The translations under genes and the position numbers were made by a program. Under the pieces are notes generated by a model, which was not told the DNA's origin, made no database searches, and saw nothing but the letters and a program-made list of their open reading frames with translations. This document shows, piece by piece, positions 20,044 to 30,579 of a stretch of DNA of 64,000 nt (its first letter is position 1; the number at the start of each line of letters is the position of its first letter). The stretch is from Candidatus Woesebacteria bacterium (GTDB lineage Bacteria; Patescibacteriota; Microgenomatia; UBA8517): NCBI GenBank assembly GCA_003484955.1, contig DMZH01000001.1, forward strand, positions 87,848-151,847, in the 5' to 3' direction.

Positions 20044-20424
20044 TTAATTGTCCAGATAGTTCTGAAGCATTATACAGGCAGCGTAAGCATCTTCCATTTC
20101 ATGGCGTTTTTTTTGAGAGATACCGGCTTCACGACTCATTCTCTGTGCATCCTGTGTGGAAAGTGTTTCATCGGCCAGAATAATGGTTGATTGGATTAAT
20201 GGCTGAATAGAAGAAGCAAACTTTTTAGACTCCTCTCCAATTTTACCCTCTGAAACTCCCACCACAATTTTTTCGATATTATTATCTTTAATTATTTTTT
20301 GCAATTTTTCCATAAGTATCTTTGTATTCGAGTATCGAATCACCTGCATTGGCTCCGCCAAAGGTCCATCCGCAATCGCAACTCCAATCTTACTTCTTCC
20401 ATAATCAATTCCAAGTATCTTCAT
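20044..20424 (-). CDS. ruvX: Putative pre-16S rRNA nuclease / Holliday junction resolvase-like YqgF
   Basis: MKILGIDYGRSKIGVAIAD start is typical of YqgF/RuvX. 126 aa. Confidence 0.85.
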   Translation of the reverse strand: MKILGIDYGRSKIGVAIADGPLAEPMQVIRYSNTKILMEKLQKIIKDNNIEKIVVGVSEGKIGEESKKFASSIQPLIQSTIILADETLSTQDAQRMSREAGISQKKRHEMEDAYAACIMLQNYLDN

Positions 20425-21122
20425 TTTTCGTCGGGAGGAACAATTCTTGCCCTAACAATTAATCTTTTTGGATATGTTGGGTCTCCCGGCGGGACACAGG
20501 TAACCAAAGTTATAAACGAATCACTCGAATCCTGATCCAAAACCTGGATGTCTGTAGGAAGCACTTCAAACATTTCCTCAACTTTGTAAGTATAGGAAAC
20601 ATCATCGTAATTTATAAATACAAGATCTCCCTTTTTCAAGGTCGGAAGCATTGTAAAAATTGAGATGTAGTTTTTGGGGTTATTAAAAATTGGCAAAATG
20701 GAATGTCCGAAAATTACGGCATTTCCACGTTTTCCGGGCAATGCCGTACCGGGATATTGAATCAAGCTTTTAGAAAGATCTTCTCCCCCAATCGCGACCG
20801 TAGCCGAATCGATCCTTAGTTTCGGAATAGAAATTGTATAATAAGAAACTTCCGCGGCAGAAAAATCTTCTTGGGAAGCACCCCCGGTAAACCAATTACT
20901 AGCTTTTGTATTATCAAACTTCCCTTTGGTTGAATTTGTCAACACTTCCTGAACCTGACTTCCTGGATCGGCTAGTGGTGAAATAAACTTTGTATAGTTT
21001 CTGGAATAAACAGCATCATAGCTGGCAATCGGATAGATAACCCCCACCAAAATAATTATCCCCGAAATTCCTGAGATAAGGGCAGATAGACGTAAAACCA
21101 TTTTTTGAGTCATATTGATCAA
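20421..21122 (-). CDS. Sortase family transpeptidase
   Basis: N-terminal TM. His in IFGHS. Catalytic TLVTC. Downstream Arg in RLIVRA. Confidence 0.75.
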   Translation of the reverse strand: MINMTQKMVLRLSALISGISGIIILVGVIYPIASYDAVYSRNYTKFISPLADPGSQVQEVLTNSTKGKFDNTKASNWFTGGASQEDFSAAEVSYYTISIPKLRIDSATVAIGGEDLSKSLIQYPGTALPGKRGNAVIFGHSILPIFNNPKNYISIFTMLPTLKKGDLVFINYDDVSYTYKVEEMFEVLPTDIQVLDQDSSDSFITLVTCVPPGDPTYPKRLIVRARIVPPDEK

Positions 21123-21144
21123 TTCTACTATATAAACGGGGAAA

Positions 21145-23361
21145 TTATTCGGGTTTAACGTCTATCGAAATATTTTTTGCAATCCTGGGGATAGTTTTTA
21201 AAGGATCCGGGAATTTTATCCGTAAAAGCACATCTGCATGGTCAAATCCGGGAATCGAATTTAGGTAATCTATAGCGACGGTTGGGGTTTTTCCCAGGAT
21301 TACACTTTTAATTTTCTCTTTATCAACTTCCGGTAGAAAGTTGCCTCCAACAACGACATCATATATATATCTGCCGCCTGTATCACCACCGGCAAGAGTA
21401 AATTTGAAATTTATCTGATCTTCGGAAAGTGTATATCCAGACGGAGCTTTGCCGGCAAGAACACCCTTGGCATATTCTAAAAGTTTGGCTCTGTCGGCAG
21501 CAAGTCCTGTTGCACTTAGAGACAATGAAAGTTTAAGGCTATCGGCCGGGTCCCCTATTTTGTGATCAAAATTTTCACTTATGGTTTCAAGTACCGCCAA
21601 ATCAGTTATGAAAATATATTCCTCTGTTATTTTTGCCAACAAATTAGACTTCACGCTTTGACCAAGTTCACTTTTAAGATCAGTTTCCAGCCTCGTTTGA
21701 TCATCCTGCCCCACCGCAGAAATTTGTTGACTGCTTCCTCCGCTAAAATCTCCCGTAGAGGTTGCAGCAACCAAAGCTTTGGAATAATTTCCAACGCTGA
21801 AAACTTCATCCTTAGCCAGGTTGTATTGGGAACCGATATCGACTGATGATATATTTACCGTCGCTGTTCCGGGAGAACCGGGCAAAAGCTGTCCTGATAC
21901 AGATGCCTCCGAACTCGTTACAAATTTAAAACCCGACGAAGAAGTTAGGACCGTTCCTGCCGCCAAATTTATTGCTGCTCCGTTTCCATTGGCAATTTGT
22001 ACACTCCCGGTCGCTTTATTTCCGATAAGCTTTGTGCCAGTTGTTGATTTTGTCTTTTCTCCTGAAACCTGATCGGTCAGAACTTTGGCCGGAAGAACCC
22101 CGGCTGCCGCATCAAATTGCCCATCTGTGCTAAACGAAATTTGCACATTTTCTTCAGTTCTTTTTGGCGCAACAAAGATTGTTATTTTAGCTGTTTGCAC
22201 AAACCACCACAAAATCCCGACGGCAAGGACCAACAACCCCAATATTGCCAAAACTGCAACTAAAGTTTTATTTTTACTGGGAGAACCAGAGATTGACTTG
22301 GGGAAAATTTTTGCCGAAAAAGAATGAAATAAATTTTTGGACCTGGATAGGTAATCTCCTGCTATTCTCATTGGGTTTGGTTTATCAATATTAGTCATCT
22401 GGGATGGGACGGGTTGTGGCACCACTGGACCGGATGTTTCAATCGAAACAATATTCTGGACATCCTCTTTTTTCATTGAAGAAACATCCGCTCCAACCGC
22501 AAACCCCAAATTTTCGGCCAGAATTGGCTTTGGTTCTTCACTGGCCCCTTTTTCGGGACTTTCCTTTTCGACTAACTCATTTTCCTCATCATCCTGACCG
22601 CTTACAACAGCCGTCACTTCTCCAATTTCAGCTCCGCCAGCCAAAGCAGTTGCTAAAACTTTTCCATCCATGCTTAATATTTCGACCTGTGGGGTATGTA
22701 AAAAGTTTATTTTCCCTTCACCCCAGCTGGCTTGAATTAAAATTTGTTTCGTTTCCTCTAAATCCCCTTCCTTACCGTCATAGACAATAAATCGTGTGGG
22801 CAGAGGTGCCACTCCGTCAAATCTGGAAAGACCCTCAACAACATCATCAACCAAGGAAACGCTCCTTGAAACTTCAGTCGTTCCTACAAGGCTTCCTAAT
22901 TTGAATACTGAAAGTTCAAGGTTATCGCCACTCGATTTAAGAACGATTGCGTTGAGGGGAGCTCCTTCTTCAGATTTATAAAGATGGGCAATTGCCTCCG
23001 GTAAAACTACAAAACCTACCGGCGTTAAAGAAAGCTCTGCACAAAGTTTTTTAATTTTTCCTAAATTCTCCGGTGAAATTTCACCTTCTTTTACCCAAGA
23101 AGTCGAAACTCCAAAAACGGTTTTTTGAGGTTCCGGATAATCTTCAGGAAGTTTCTGGATTGCAGAGGAAAGAGCGGCGTCGGTTGCCTCAATTAGTTCT
23201 TCTTCGCTTTCCCAGGGAATACCTGCACCTATACTGACAACTTCAGCTGTGGTATCTCCTATGTACCAAATACCAGATTGCACCAATCCTTCTTCTATAA
23301 CAAGTGCCCAGAAAAGTTCCGGGTGACTATCTTTATTTATTAAAAAATCTTTTAAGTTCAT
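21145..23361 (-). CDS. Membrane protein: N-terminal cytoplasmic actin-like (FtsA/PilM-like) domain, single TM, large C-terminal extracytoplasmic domain
   Basis: Glycine-rich segments (IGDTTAEVVSIGAG, LKSSGDNLELSVFKLGSLVGTTEV) suggest an actin/HSP70-fold ATPase. TM KTLVAVLAILGLLVLAVGILWWF near aa 370. Assignment is tentative. Confidence 0.45.
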   Translation of the reverse strand: MNLKDFLINKDSHPELFWALVIEEGLVQSGIWYIGDTTAEVVSIGAGIPWESEEELIEATDAALSSAIQKLPEDYPEPQKTVFGVSTSWVKEGEISPENLGKIKKLCAELSLTPVGFVVLPEAIAHLYKSEEGAPLNAIVLKSSGDNLELSVFKLGSLVGTTEVSRSVSLVDDVVEGLSRFDGVAPLPTRFIVYDGKEGDLEETKQILIQASWGEGKINFLHTPQVEILSMDGKVLATALAGGAEIGEVTAVVSGQDDEENELVEKESPEKGASEEPKPILAENLGFAVGADVSSMKKEDVQNIVSIETSGPVVPQPVPSQMTNIDKPNPMRIAGDYLSRSKNLFHSFSAKIFPKSISGSPSKNKTLVAVLAILGLLVLAVGILWWFVQTAKITIFVAPKRTEENVQISFSTDGQFDAAAGVLPAKVLTDQVSGEKTKSTTGTKLIGNKATGSVQIANGNGAAINLAAGTVLTSSSGFKFVTSSEASVSGQLLPGSPGTATVNISSVDIGSQYNLAKDEVFSVGNYSKALVAATSTGDFSGGSSQQISAVGQDDQTRLETDLKSELGQSVKSNLLAKITEEYIFITDLAVLETISENFDHKIGDPADSLKLSLSLSATGLAADRAKLLEYAKGVLAGKAPSGYTLSEDQINFKFTLAGGDTGGRYIYDVVVGGNFLPEVDKEKIKSVILGKTPTVAIDYLNSIPGFDHADVLLRIKFPDPLKTIPRIAKNISIDVKPE

Positions 23362-23421
23362 AAAAAATGGGGTAGGCAGTCAGTGGTGTGTAGTGAGATC
23401 GCACTACTCACACCTCACAAC

Positions 23422-25230
23422 CTATCCTAATGTAGCATATATTCTTATAATTCCGGATCCGATTTTTTCCTGTTTAGTTATTTTAACACCACCAATCTCT
23501 CCTGTGTGGTCTACATGGGGACCTCCGCACACTTCTTTTGAAAACCAAATTCCATTCGGGTCTCCAATTATATAAACCTTAACTTCATTGCCATACTTTT
23601 CCGCAAAAAAATGCATTGCCCCCTCTTTAATTGCCTGATCTAAACTCATGGCTTTAGGTGTAACCTGCAAATTCTCTTTGATCTTAAGGTTAATTAAACC
23701 CTCGACTCTATCCATTTCTTCGTCTGTGAGTTTTTGTGCGTGAGAGAAGTCAAAACGCAGGCGTTCTGGTGTAATATGACTTCCCTTTTGCCCAACATGT
23801 TCTCCCAAAACCTGTCTTAGTGCAGCATGCAAAAGGTGAGTTGCTGTATGAAGTTTTGTCGTAACAACAGACGCCTCGGCAAGTCCGCCTTTAAACATCC
23901 CCGCCGAAGCACTGCGTGATGACTCTTTGTGCTTTTCAAATTCAGATTCAAAAGCGTTTTTCTCTTCAGTTGAAAACACTATCCCATTCTGCTTAAGAAT
24001 TTCCATTGTGAGCTCCAATGGAAACCCTTCCGTTTGGTAAAGATCAAAAGCAAATTCGCCGTTTATCACCTTCCCTTCGGAAACAGATTTTGTCAGCTTT
24101 GCCAAACCTCTTTTAAGAGCAGCTTCAAAACGGGTAGCCTCTGAGGTCAAGTTTTCCTCAACAAGCTCCCAGTTCTTATCAACGTTCGGATAAAACCTTC
24201 TATAGTCCTCCGCCATATGGGAAATCGCTCCACCTGAAATTCCGCTTCCCAGGAGGTGAAAATGAAACATTGACCTTCGAATTAATCTTCTAAGCGCATA
24301 ACCATGAAGTTTACTTCCTGGAATTACACCCTCACTAAGTAAATTCACAGACGTTCTCAAATGATCGGCAATAATACGGAAGCTTTTATCTTTTATGGAA
24401 TCCGAGTTGTACTCAATTCCTGTTTCTTTCTCAATTTTTTTTATGATGCCGGAGAACATGTCTATATGAAAAACATCGGGATCGTCAAGAATTGCGGCCG
24501 CGATTCTTTCAAGACCGCCGCCAAAATCAACATTTTTTTGAGGTAATTCAATTAATTCCCCGTTTTCAGTTTTTTGGTACTGCATAAAAACCGAGTTTCC
24601 GATTTCTAAAAATTTTCCGCAGTCGCAATTAGGGTGACAAAATTTCCCAAATTCAGACCGGTGATCAACCGAATCGAACTCATAAAAAATCTCACTATCC
24701 GGTCCGCCAATTTCTCCCGGAGGCATTTGATCGGGAGTTCCGGCACGACTCCACCAATTTTTTTCGGCATCATAAAAATGAATATGACTCTCGGAAACTC
24801 CAATTTTCTTCCAAATTTCAAAAGACTCCGTATCTTTAGGAACTCCTCCCCCTCCGCCAAAAACACTAACATAAAGCTTCTCTGGGGGTAACCCTAACTC
24901 TTTTGTATAAAATTCCCAAACAAAACCGAGTTGATCTTTTTTAAAATAATCTCCAAGACTCCAGTTGCCCAACATTTCGAAAAAACTAAAATGACGATTG
25001 TCTGCAACTTCATCAAGATCCTGCATACGAATAGACGGTTGAATATCAACAAGCTTTTTTCCTTTCGAATGTTTCTCGCCTTTGAGATAAGGGGCAAGCT
25101 GCTGCATTCCACTACTCGTAAACAGGGTTGTTGGATCCGAATCAATAACCAGTGGGGATGGAGTAATCTCTATATGTCCCTTCTTTTTAAAGAAATCTAG
25201 ATATTTTTCCCTAATCTCATCTGTACCCAT
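23422..25230 (-). CDS. alaS: Alanine--tRNA ligase, short form (catalytic + editing domains, no C-Ala domain)
   Basis: LFTSSGMQQ and RHFSFFEMLGNWSLGDYFK class II AlaRS motifs. Editing-domain HxxxH...CGGPHV. 602 aa. Confidence 0.9.
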   Translation of the reverse strand: MGTDEIREKYLDFFKKKGHIEITPSPLVIDSDPTTLFTSSGMQQLAPYLKGEKHSKGKKLVDIQPSIRMQDLDEVADNRHFSFFEMLGNWSLGDYFKKDQLGFVWEFYTKELGLPPEKLYVSVFGGGGGVPKDTESFEIWKKIGVSESHIHFYDAEKNWWSRAGTPDQMPPGEIGGPDSEIFYEFDSVDHRSEFGKFCHPNCDCGKFLEIGNSVFMQYQKTENGELIELPQKNVDFGGGLERIAAAILDDPDVFHIDMFSGIIKKIEKETGIEYNSDSIKDKSFRIIADHLRTSVNLLSEGVIPGSKLHGYALRRLIRRSMFHFHLLGSGISGGAISHMAEDYRRFYPNVDKNWELVEENLTSEATRFEAALKRGLAKLTKSVSEGKVINGEFAFDLYQTEGFPLELTMEILKQNGIVFSTEEKNAFESEFEKHKESSRSASAGMFKGGLAEASVVTTKLHTATHLLHAALRQVLGEHVGQKGSHITPERLRFDFSHAQKLTDEEMDRVEGLINLKIKENLQVTPKAMSLDQAIKEGAMHFFAEKYGNEVKVYIIGDPNGIWFSKEVCGGPHVDHTGEIGGVKITKQEKIGSGIIRIYATLG

Positions 25231-25248
25231 GGCTAAAGTATATCATTT

Positions 25249-25482
25249 TTAGCCACCGTGAGTTTCAGGTTTTTTCCCCTTGTGAAGAATTTCCATTACG
25301 GAAGTCAGTTTGTCCGGTCTGATCAAACCTCCACCTAGAATTGAATCTTCCAAAATACTATTTAATCTTTTAACGGCACGTCTCAGGTCAATAATAATAA
25401 GCATCACTTGAATTCCGACCACAACAAGTAAAATCGTAAGACTAACCACAACTACGATTAAAAGTGTTTGAACAGAATCCAT
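25249..25482 (-). CDS. Small membrane protein (N-terminal TM), unknown
   Basis: 77 aa with hydrophobic N-terminus. Tight spacing to alaS and the rodZ-like gene. Confidence 0.35.
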   Translation of the reverse strand: MDSVQTLLIVVVVSLTILLVVVGIQVMLIIIDLRRAVKRLNSILEDSILGGGLIRPDKLTSVMEILHKGKKPETHGG

Positions 25483-25491
25483 AGGTTAAAG

Positions 25492-26118
25492 TTAATTATT
25501 TTGCACTTCTATTTTACGCTCTATAACTGTTTCTTTTCCAGATCTAGAAATTGCCTTTATGACGATTTTTGTTGTGTTTGGTGAAATCTCTATGTTCGTA
25601 GAGAATTTACCGTCTTTATCAACCAACACGGGTTGATTATCAACCGTAATTTTTACATCCGTTTCAGTTGACCCAAAAACCAATACAAAATCCCCGTCTA
25701 CCGCCTGCCCCTCGATCGGGCTAACAACCTCAATCCCAGGAGGCGATATAAATTTTACATATTGAAAAGTTAGATACCCTAGTATGATAAGAATTACTAA
25801 CCCGACACCTAGTATGAATGTAAGTTTGGGATTCCAACTTGGTTTTGACGAAATGTCGGGGTTGGGATTTATACTTATTTTCTTTGGGGGATAATCTCGT
25901 TTCAAAACCGCAACTGCCATTTTTTCATCAACATCAAGGGTTGCGGATATACTTTTAACAAACCCCAAAACTGTGGCAAAACCGGGAAGAGTCTGCCAAT
26001 TCTCATTCTCAATAGCAACTATAAAAGATGATTTTATTTTCGTAATTTCCTCCAATTTTTGATACGAATACCTTTTATTTGTACGGGCGTTCCCGAGAAT
26101 CTGACCAATCGTTTTCAT
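25492..26118 (-). CDS. RodZ-like HTH membrane protein
   Basis: N-terminal XRE-type HTH (GQILGNARTNKRYSYQKLEEITKIKSSFIVAIENENWQTLPGFATVLGFVKS), central TM and C-terminal domain, as in RodZ. Confidence 0.6.
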   Translation of the reverse strand: MKTIGQILGNARTNKRYSYQKLEEITKIKSSFIVAIENENWQTLPGFATVLGFVKSISATLDVDEKMAVAVLKRDYPPKKISINPNPDISSKPSWNPKLTFILGVGLVILIILGYLTFQYVKFISPPGIEVVSPIEGQAVDGDFVLVFGSTETDVKITVDNQPVLVDKDGKFSTNIEISPNTTKIVIKAISRSGKETVIERKIEVQNN

Positions 26119-26131
26119 TTAAGTTATTATC

Positions 26132-28291
26132 TTATTGAGCGGGAGGATTTCCAAAGGAAGCCAAAAATTCGTCAGCGTTTTGAACCAACACTTCACGCGC
26201 CTTGCTTCCGCCGTCACTTGGTGCAATTACCCCTGCCCCTTCCAACTGATCAACAATTCTGGCTGCCCTTGCATAACCTATTGAAAGCCTTCTTTGTAAA
26301 AGTGATGCAGAGGCTCTGTCATATTGACAAACAACTTTCACCGCGTCTTTAAAGAGTTCGTCAACATTTCCACTAACACCCGGCACAGAAACAGTGCCCG
26401 CCTTCGCCATTGTGGTCACTTCATCCGTATACTGCGGGTTTACGCCCTGATTCTTAAGGAACGATGTCAGGTCTGCCACTTCTTTATCTCCAACAAATGC
26501 CCCTTGAATTCTAACAGGCTTGGCTTGCTCCGGAGGAAGATAAAGCATGTCTCCCTTACCCAAAAGTTTTTCGGCACCCTGCGTATCCAAAATAACCCTC
26601 GAGTCGACTTGGGAGGCAACGGCAAAGGCAATGCGCGATGGAACGTTAGCTTTGATAAGACCCGTAATAACATCAACTGACGGTCTTTGGGTTGCAAGTA
26701 CCATGTGAATTCCGGTAGCCCGGCTCATTTGGGCAATTCTGGTAATGGAGTCCTCGACCTCAACAGGCGAGAAAAGCATAATATCGGCAAGTTCATCGAT
26801 AAAAAGAAGAATATAGGGAAGAGCCTGAAATCCGGACATTTCATTATAAGAATCAATATTGCGAGCGCCTGCCTGGGCAAAAAGTTTATACCGCCTATCC
26901 ATCTCAGCCATAATCCAACGAAGCGCCGATATAACTTTATCCGGATCAACAATTACAGGCGAAAGTAAATGGGGAATTCCGTTGTAGCGCGTAAGCTCAA
27001 CTCTTTTAGGGTCAACCAAAATAAGTTTAACTTCTGTTGGAGCGGCCCTGAAAAGAAGCGACGCCAAAAACGCATTTATACAAACAGACTTTCCTGAACC
27101 GGTTTGACCGGCTATTAGGACATGTGGCATTTTTGCGATATCGGCAACAATGGGTTTACCGGATACATCAAGTCCTAAAGAAACTACGAGCTTGGATTTT
27201 GCGCTTTGCATTTCTTCAGATTCCAAAACCTTTCTAAGCGAAACAAACTCAGCAGAGCGGTTGGGTAATTCAATTCCCACTAAATTACGTCCCGGAATTG
27301 GAGCTTCAATTCTGATCGTTCCCGTCGGGGCAGAAAGGGCAAGTGCCAAATCTCGCTCAAGCGATGTAATTTTCGAAAGTTTTGTTCCAAGCGCAACTTC
27401 AATAGCATACTGCGTAACAGCAGGTCCCAAATTAACCTCAACCACACTTGCTGTAATTCCGAAAGATTCAAGCGTTTTTTCAATTGTTGCGGCATTACCC
27501 TTAATGTCGCCCCTATCTGCTTTTCCGCCATCAACATCACCAAGAAGGTCCATTCCCGGATATCTCCAGACAGTTTCTTCACCAGGAACATTGCTTACAA
27601 GTTTTTGTTCCAAAGGTTCCTTGGGAACTGATGACACACCGGGGGTACCTGGTTTTGCTGCACCGGATACAGTGAAAGCTCCTCCTCCGGAAACCCTCAT
27701 TTGACCTTTGGAAAGAGTCGCTCCTCCAACCTTTATTTGAGTCTTATCCCCATGGATATAAATCCCCACCTGCCTGGCAAACTCCTTAAAAAGTTTATAG
27801 ACCTGATCAATTGAAGTATTAAATAAAACAATCAGACCAATCATTCCCACACCCGTAAAAATAATGACTGCTCCTACCCCCATCACAAGAGCTGCGATTG
27901 AATCCCAAACCAAGCCTCCAGCAATACCGGCACGCCCCAGGGCCATAACCGAGATAAAGAAAAGAAGCCCTCCAACAATGACGTTTGGCTGACCCAAAAT
28001 AAATTTGACCTTTGACAGAAGAAAAGCGAATGATAGAAAAATAAAAGGTAAGAAAACCGATGACCAGGAAAAGTATTTAATTAAAATTTCATTAAATTTA
28101 AAAAGAATTGCACCCTGGCGGGAGAAAGAAACAAGGATAAGCCCCGCGATAGCAAAAAACACTATTTGGGAAATGGAGAAAATCGATTCTTTTTTAAGCT
28201 TTAATCTGAATGATTTTTTTGTAAATCTTTTTCTTCTCTTGGCCATATTCAAACCATTGTATATCGAAGTGTAGTTAAACCTCAACAACAA
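26132..28291 (-). CDS. ftsK: DNA translocase FtsK/SpoIIIE
   Basis: N-terminal polytopic TM. HVLIAGQTGSGKSVCINAFLASLL Walker A. C-terminal winged-helix gamma domain. Confidence 0.9.
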   Translation of the reverse strand: MLLRFNYTSIYNGLNMAKRRKRFTKKSFRLKLKKESIFSISQIVFFAIAGLILVSFSRQGAILFKFNEILIKYFSWSSVFLPFIFLSFAFLLSKVKFILGQPNVIVGGLLFFISVMALGRAGIAGGLVWDSIAALVMGVGAVIIFTGVGMIGLIVLFNTSIDQVYKLFKEFARQVGIYIHGDKTQIKVGGATLSKGQMRVSGGGAFTVSGAAKPGTPGVSSVPKEPLEQKLVSNVPGEETVWRYPGMDLLGDVDGGKADRGDIKGNAATIEKTLESFGITASVVEVNLGPAVTQYAIEVALGTKLSKITSLERDLALALSAPTGTIRIEAPIPGRNLVGIELPNRSAEFVSLRKVLESEEMQSAKSKLVVSLGLDVSGKPIVADIAKMPHVLIAGQTGSGKSVCINAFLASLLFRAAPTEVKLILVDPKRVELTRYNGIPHLLSPVIVDPDKVISALRWIMAEMDRRYKLFAQAGARNIDSYNEMSGFQALPYILLFIDELADIMLFSPVEVEDSITRIAQMSRATGIHMVLATQRPSVDVITGLIKANVPSRIAFAVASQVDSRVILDTQGAEKLLGKGDMLYLPPEQAKPVRIQGAFVGDKEVADLTSFLKNQGVNPQYTDEVTTMAKAGTVSVPGVSGNVDELFKDAVKVVCQYDRASASLLQRRLSIGYARAARIVDQLEGAGVIAPSDGGSKAREVLVQNADEFLASFGNPPAQ

Positions 28292-29939
28292 CAGGGAGAA
28301 TCATGGGGCGTCGCCCTGTTTTTTGATAAAAATATCGCTCCAAAAAATCAATTGCGATATTTTTGACAACATTTGCATTTATCGATTTCTTTTTTTGCAT
28401 CGCGCGAGCTAATTCTTTTGAAGCATCCTCTAAAATTCTGCCGTATTTCTGTTCAAAAACAAATCCACGGCTCATTATTTCGGGACTGTCTATAAGCACG
28501 CTTTCGTTTCTGTCAAAATGGATTATTGCAATTACAATTCCTTCTTTAGAAAGAATGTGTCTATCTCTTAATACAACGTTTCCCACATCTCCAATTCCAA
28601 GACCGTCCACCAAAACCTCTTTTACAGGAACTTTACCGACACGTCTTGCAGTTTGATTACCGAATTCAACAATCTCTCCGGGAAGAAGTTCTAAAACATT
28701 TTCTTCAGGAGCACCCATCCTTTCCGCAATAAGCCCGTAAGCTCTCATATGTCTTATGGTTCCTCCTATCGGAATGTAATATTTGGGTTTAGTAAGCGCA
28801 AAAAGTGTTTCAATATCTCCTATGCTTCCGTGCCCTGAAACATGAAGGTCTTCCTGCATGTCATAATAGTGAACGTCAACGTCGCCCTCGATAAGCTTGT
28901 CGACCAGAAAATCGACATTTGTCTTACTGCCGGGCGGGGCAGGATCGGAAGAAAATATAACAACATCCCCCTTGCCAATTGTCAGAAAATCATGTTCGCC
29001 CATGCAAAGCCTATAAAGTGCGCTTCCCGGTTGACCATAACTTCCGGAAATAATATATAAGACCTTATCCGGTGGAAGCCGAGATGCCTGTTTGGATTTA
29101 ACAACCAGATCGTTTGGATAAAAGAGATATCCAAGATCTTTGGCAATTTGCGCCTTTCTTTCGATTGAACGGCCAATAAGAACTACTTTTCTGCCAAGTT
29201 TTGCGGCAATATTAATTGTTTGCTGCATCCTACTAATATTGCTTGAAATTGTAGTTAAATAAATTTTACCCGTAACATTCTGGGCTATTGCCTCGATTCT
29301 CCCCTGAATTGAAAGCTCACTTTCCGTATAACCAGGTGTGTTGGCACCTAGCGCATCAGATGCCAAAGCTAAAGTTCCCTGTGAGGCAAGTGTGGCAACT
29401 TTGGCAACATCAAAAGGCCGCCCATCAACCGGTGTCCAGTCAAATTTATAATCCGGTACATGGAATATTTTTCCTTCGGGAGTATCTATACAAAATCCGA
29501 CCCCGTCCGGAACGGAATGGCTCACCCGAAATGGAGTGACTTTGAAAACTCCCAGAGTCAAAACATCCTTTTCAGGATCAAACACAGAGATCTTTGGGGA
29601 CTGGGTATCATAATCTTCAAATTTATCCTGAATAAATCCGCCTACAAGTTTCGTGGCGTAAATAGTCGTTTTTACATCTTTGAGAAGAAAGGGGAGTGCA
29701 CCAAGATGATCCTCATGCCCATGGGAAATTAAAATGCCTCTGAGTTTCGCCGCATTTTGCTTGATATAGGAGAAGTCCGGAATAACAAGATCGACTCCGA
29801 ACATCTCACTCTCCGGAAAACCAACACCACAATCCACAACAATCATATCGTTGCCGTATTCGTAAACGTATAAATTCTCTGTTACCCCGGTGGTGCCCGA
29901 AAGGGCTATGAATTTAAGGGCAGACATTTTATTAAACAA
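28275..29939 (-). CDS. rnj: Ribonuclease J (metallo-beta-lactamase/beta-CASP)
   Basis: ISHGHEDHLGALPFLL MBL motif. 554 aa. Confidence 0.9.
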   Translation of the reverse strand: MFNKMSALKFIALSGTTGVTENLYVYEYGNDMIVVDCGVGFPESEMFGVDLVIPDFSYIKQNAAKLRGILISHGHEDHLGALPFLLKDVKTTIYATKLVGGFIQDKFEDYDTQSPKISVFDPEKDVLTLGVFKVTPFRVSHSVPDGVGFCIDTPEGKIFHVPDYKFDWTPVDGRPFDVAKVATLASQGTLALASDALGANTPGYTESELSIQGRIEAIAQNVTGKIYLTTISSNISRMQQTINIAAKLGRKVVLIGRSIERKAQIAKDLGYLFYPNDLVVKSKQASRLPPDKVLYIISGSYGQPGSALYRLCMGEHDFLTIGKGDVVIFSSDPAPPGSKTNVDFLVDKLIEGDVDVHYYDMQEDLHVSGHGSIGDIETLFALTKPKYYIPIGGTIRHMRAYGLIAERMGAPEENVLELLPGEIVEFGNQTARRVGKVPVKEVLVDGLGIGDVGNVVLRDRHILSKEGIVIAIIHFDRNESVLIDSPEIMSRGFVFEQKYGRILEDASKELARAMQKKKSINANVVKNIAIDFLERYFYQKTGRRPMILPVVVEV

Positions 29940-30579
29940 GATTCATTTGCTCTACTTCCACTTTATCATTTTTTTCAGAATTGACCAAGCTTTGTTTATC
30001 ATTTTGAATTTTTTTCAAAATTTCTCTTAAATTAACAAAGTCTGTTTTTTCCGCCTCCATTACGTTGCCATTTCTAAGCGAAGCCGCTGGATGATACATC
30101 GGTACGACCACAATATTTTTTCCGTTCCAGGAAACATTATATTTTTTGCCGTGTACACTTGAAATAAAGACATTGGGTAAAAATTTAGCCATGGAAAAAC
30201 GCCCTAAAGTAATGATCACTTCCGGGTCAATAATTTTAATGATTTTGTCCAAATACTTTCTATAAGCTTCTATCTCGTGGGGTTCCGGATCACGGTTTTC
30301 CGGAGGTCTGTGGTGAACAATATTTGTTATGAACACCTCTTTGCGGGTGAGCCCTGCAAGCGGAAAAAGTTTATCCAAAAGTTTACCCGCCTGTCCTACG
30401 AACGGCTCACCGATTTTATCCTCATTGTGTCCGGGTCCCTCCCCAATGCAGAGAATTTTTGCCTTGGTGTTTCCTGTACCAAAAACAAGTTTTGTAGCAC
30501 CTTTTTTAAGGGGAAGTGTGTCGTCTTTTTCCATTTCCTCCTTCAATTTATGGAGTTCTTCAAATTTAGTCATCTTCAA
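29932..30579 (-). CDS. Uracil-DNA glycosylase, family 4
   Basis: ILCIGEGPGHNEDKIGEPFVGQAGKLL matches the family 4 UDG motif. Confidence 0.85.
   Translation of the reverse strand: MKMTKFEELHKLKEEMEKDDTLPLKKGATKLVFGTGNTKAKILCIGEGPGHNEDKIGEPFVGQAGKLLDKLFPLAGLTRKEVFITNIVHHRPPENRDPEPHEIEAYRKYLDKIIKIIDPEVIITLGRFSMAKFLPNVFISSVHGKKYNVSWNGKNIVVVPMYHPAASLRNGNVMEAEKTDFVNLREILKKIQNDKQSLVNSEKNDKVEVEQMNLV

Noticed and set aside
23362-23421. Imperfect 11-bp hairpin (GGTGTGTAGTG...CACTACTCACACC) between alaS and the 738-aa gene, considered as a terminator or tRNA-like element
   Set aside because: No adjacent U-tract follows it on the transcribed strand (the T-run is ~20 nt away). No tRNA-like T-arm or anticodon structure is present. 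It is probably an mRNA processing or stability hairpin at most.
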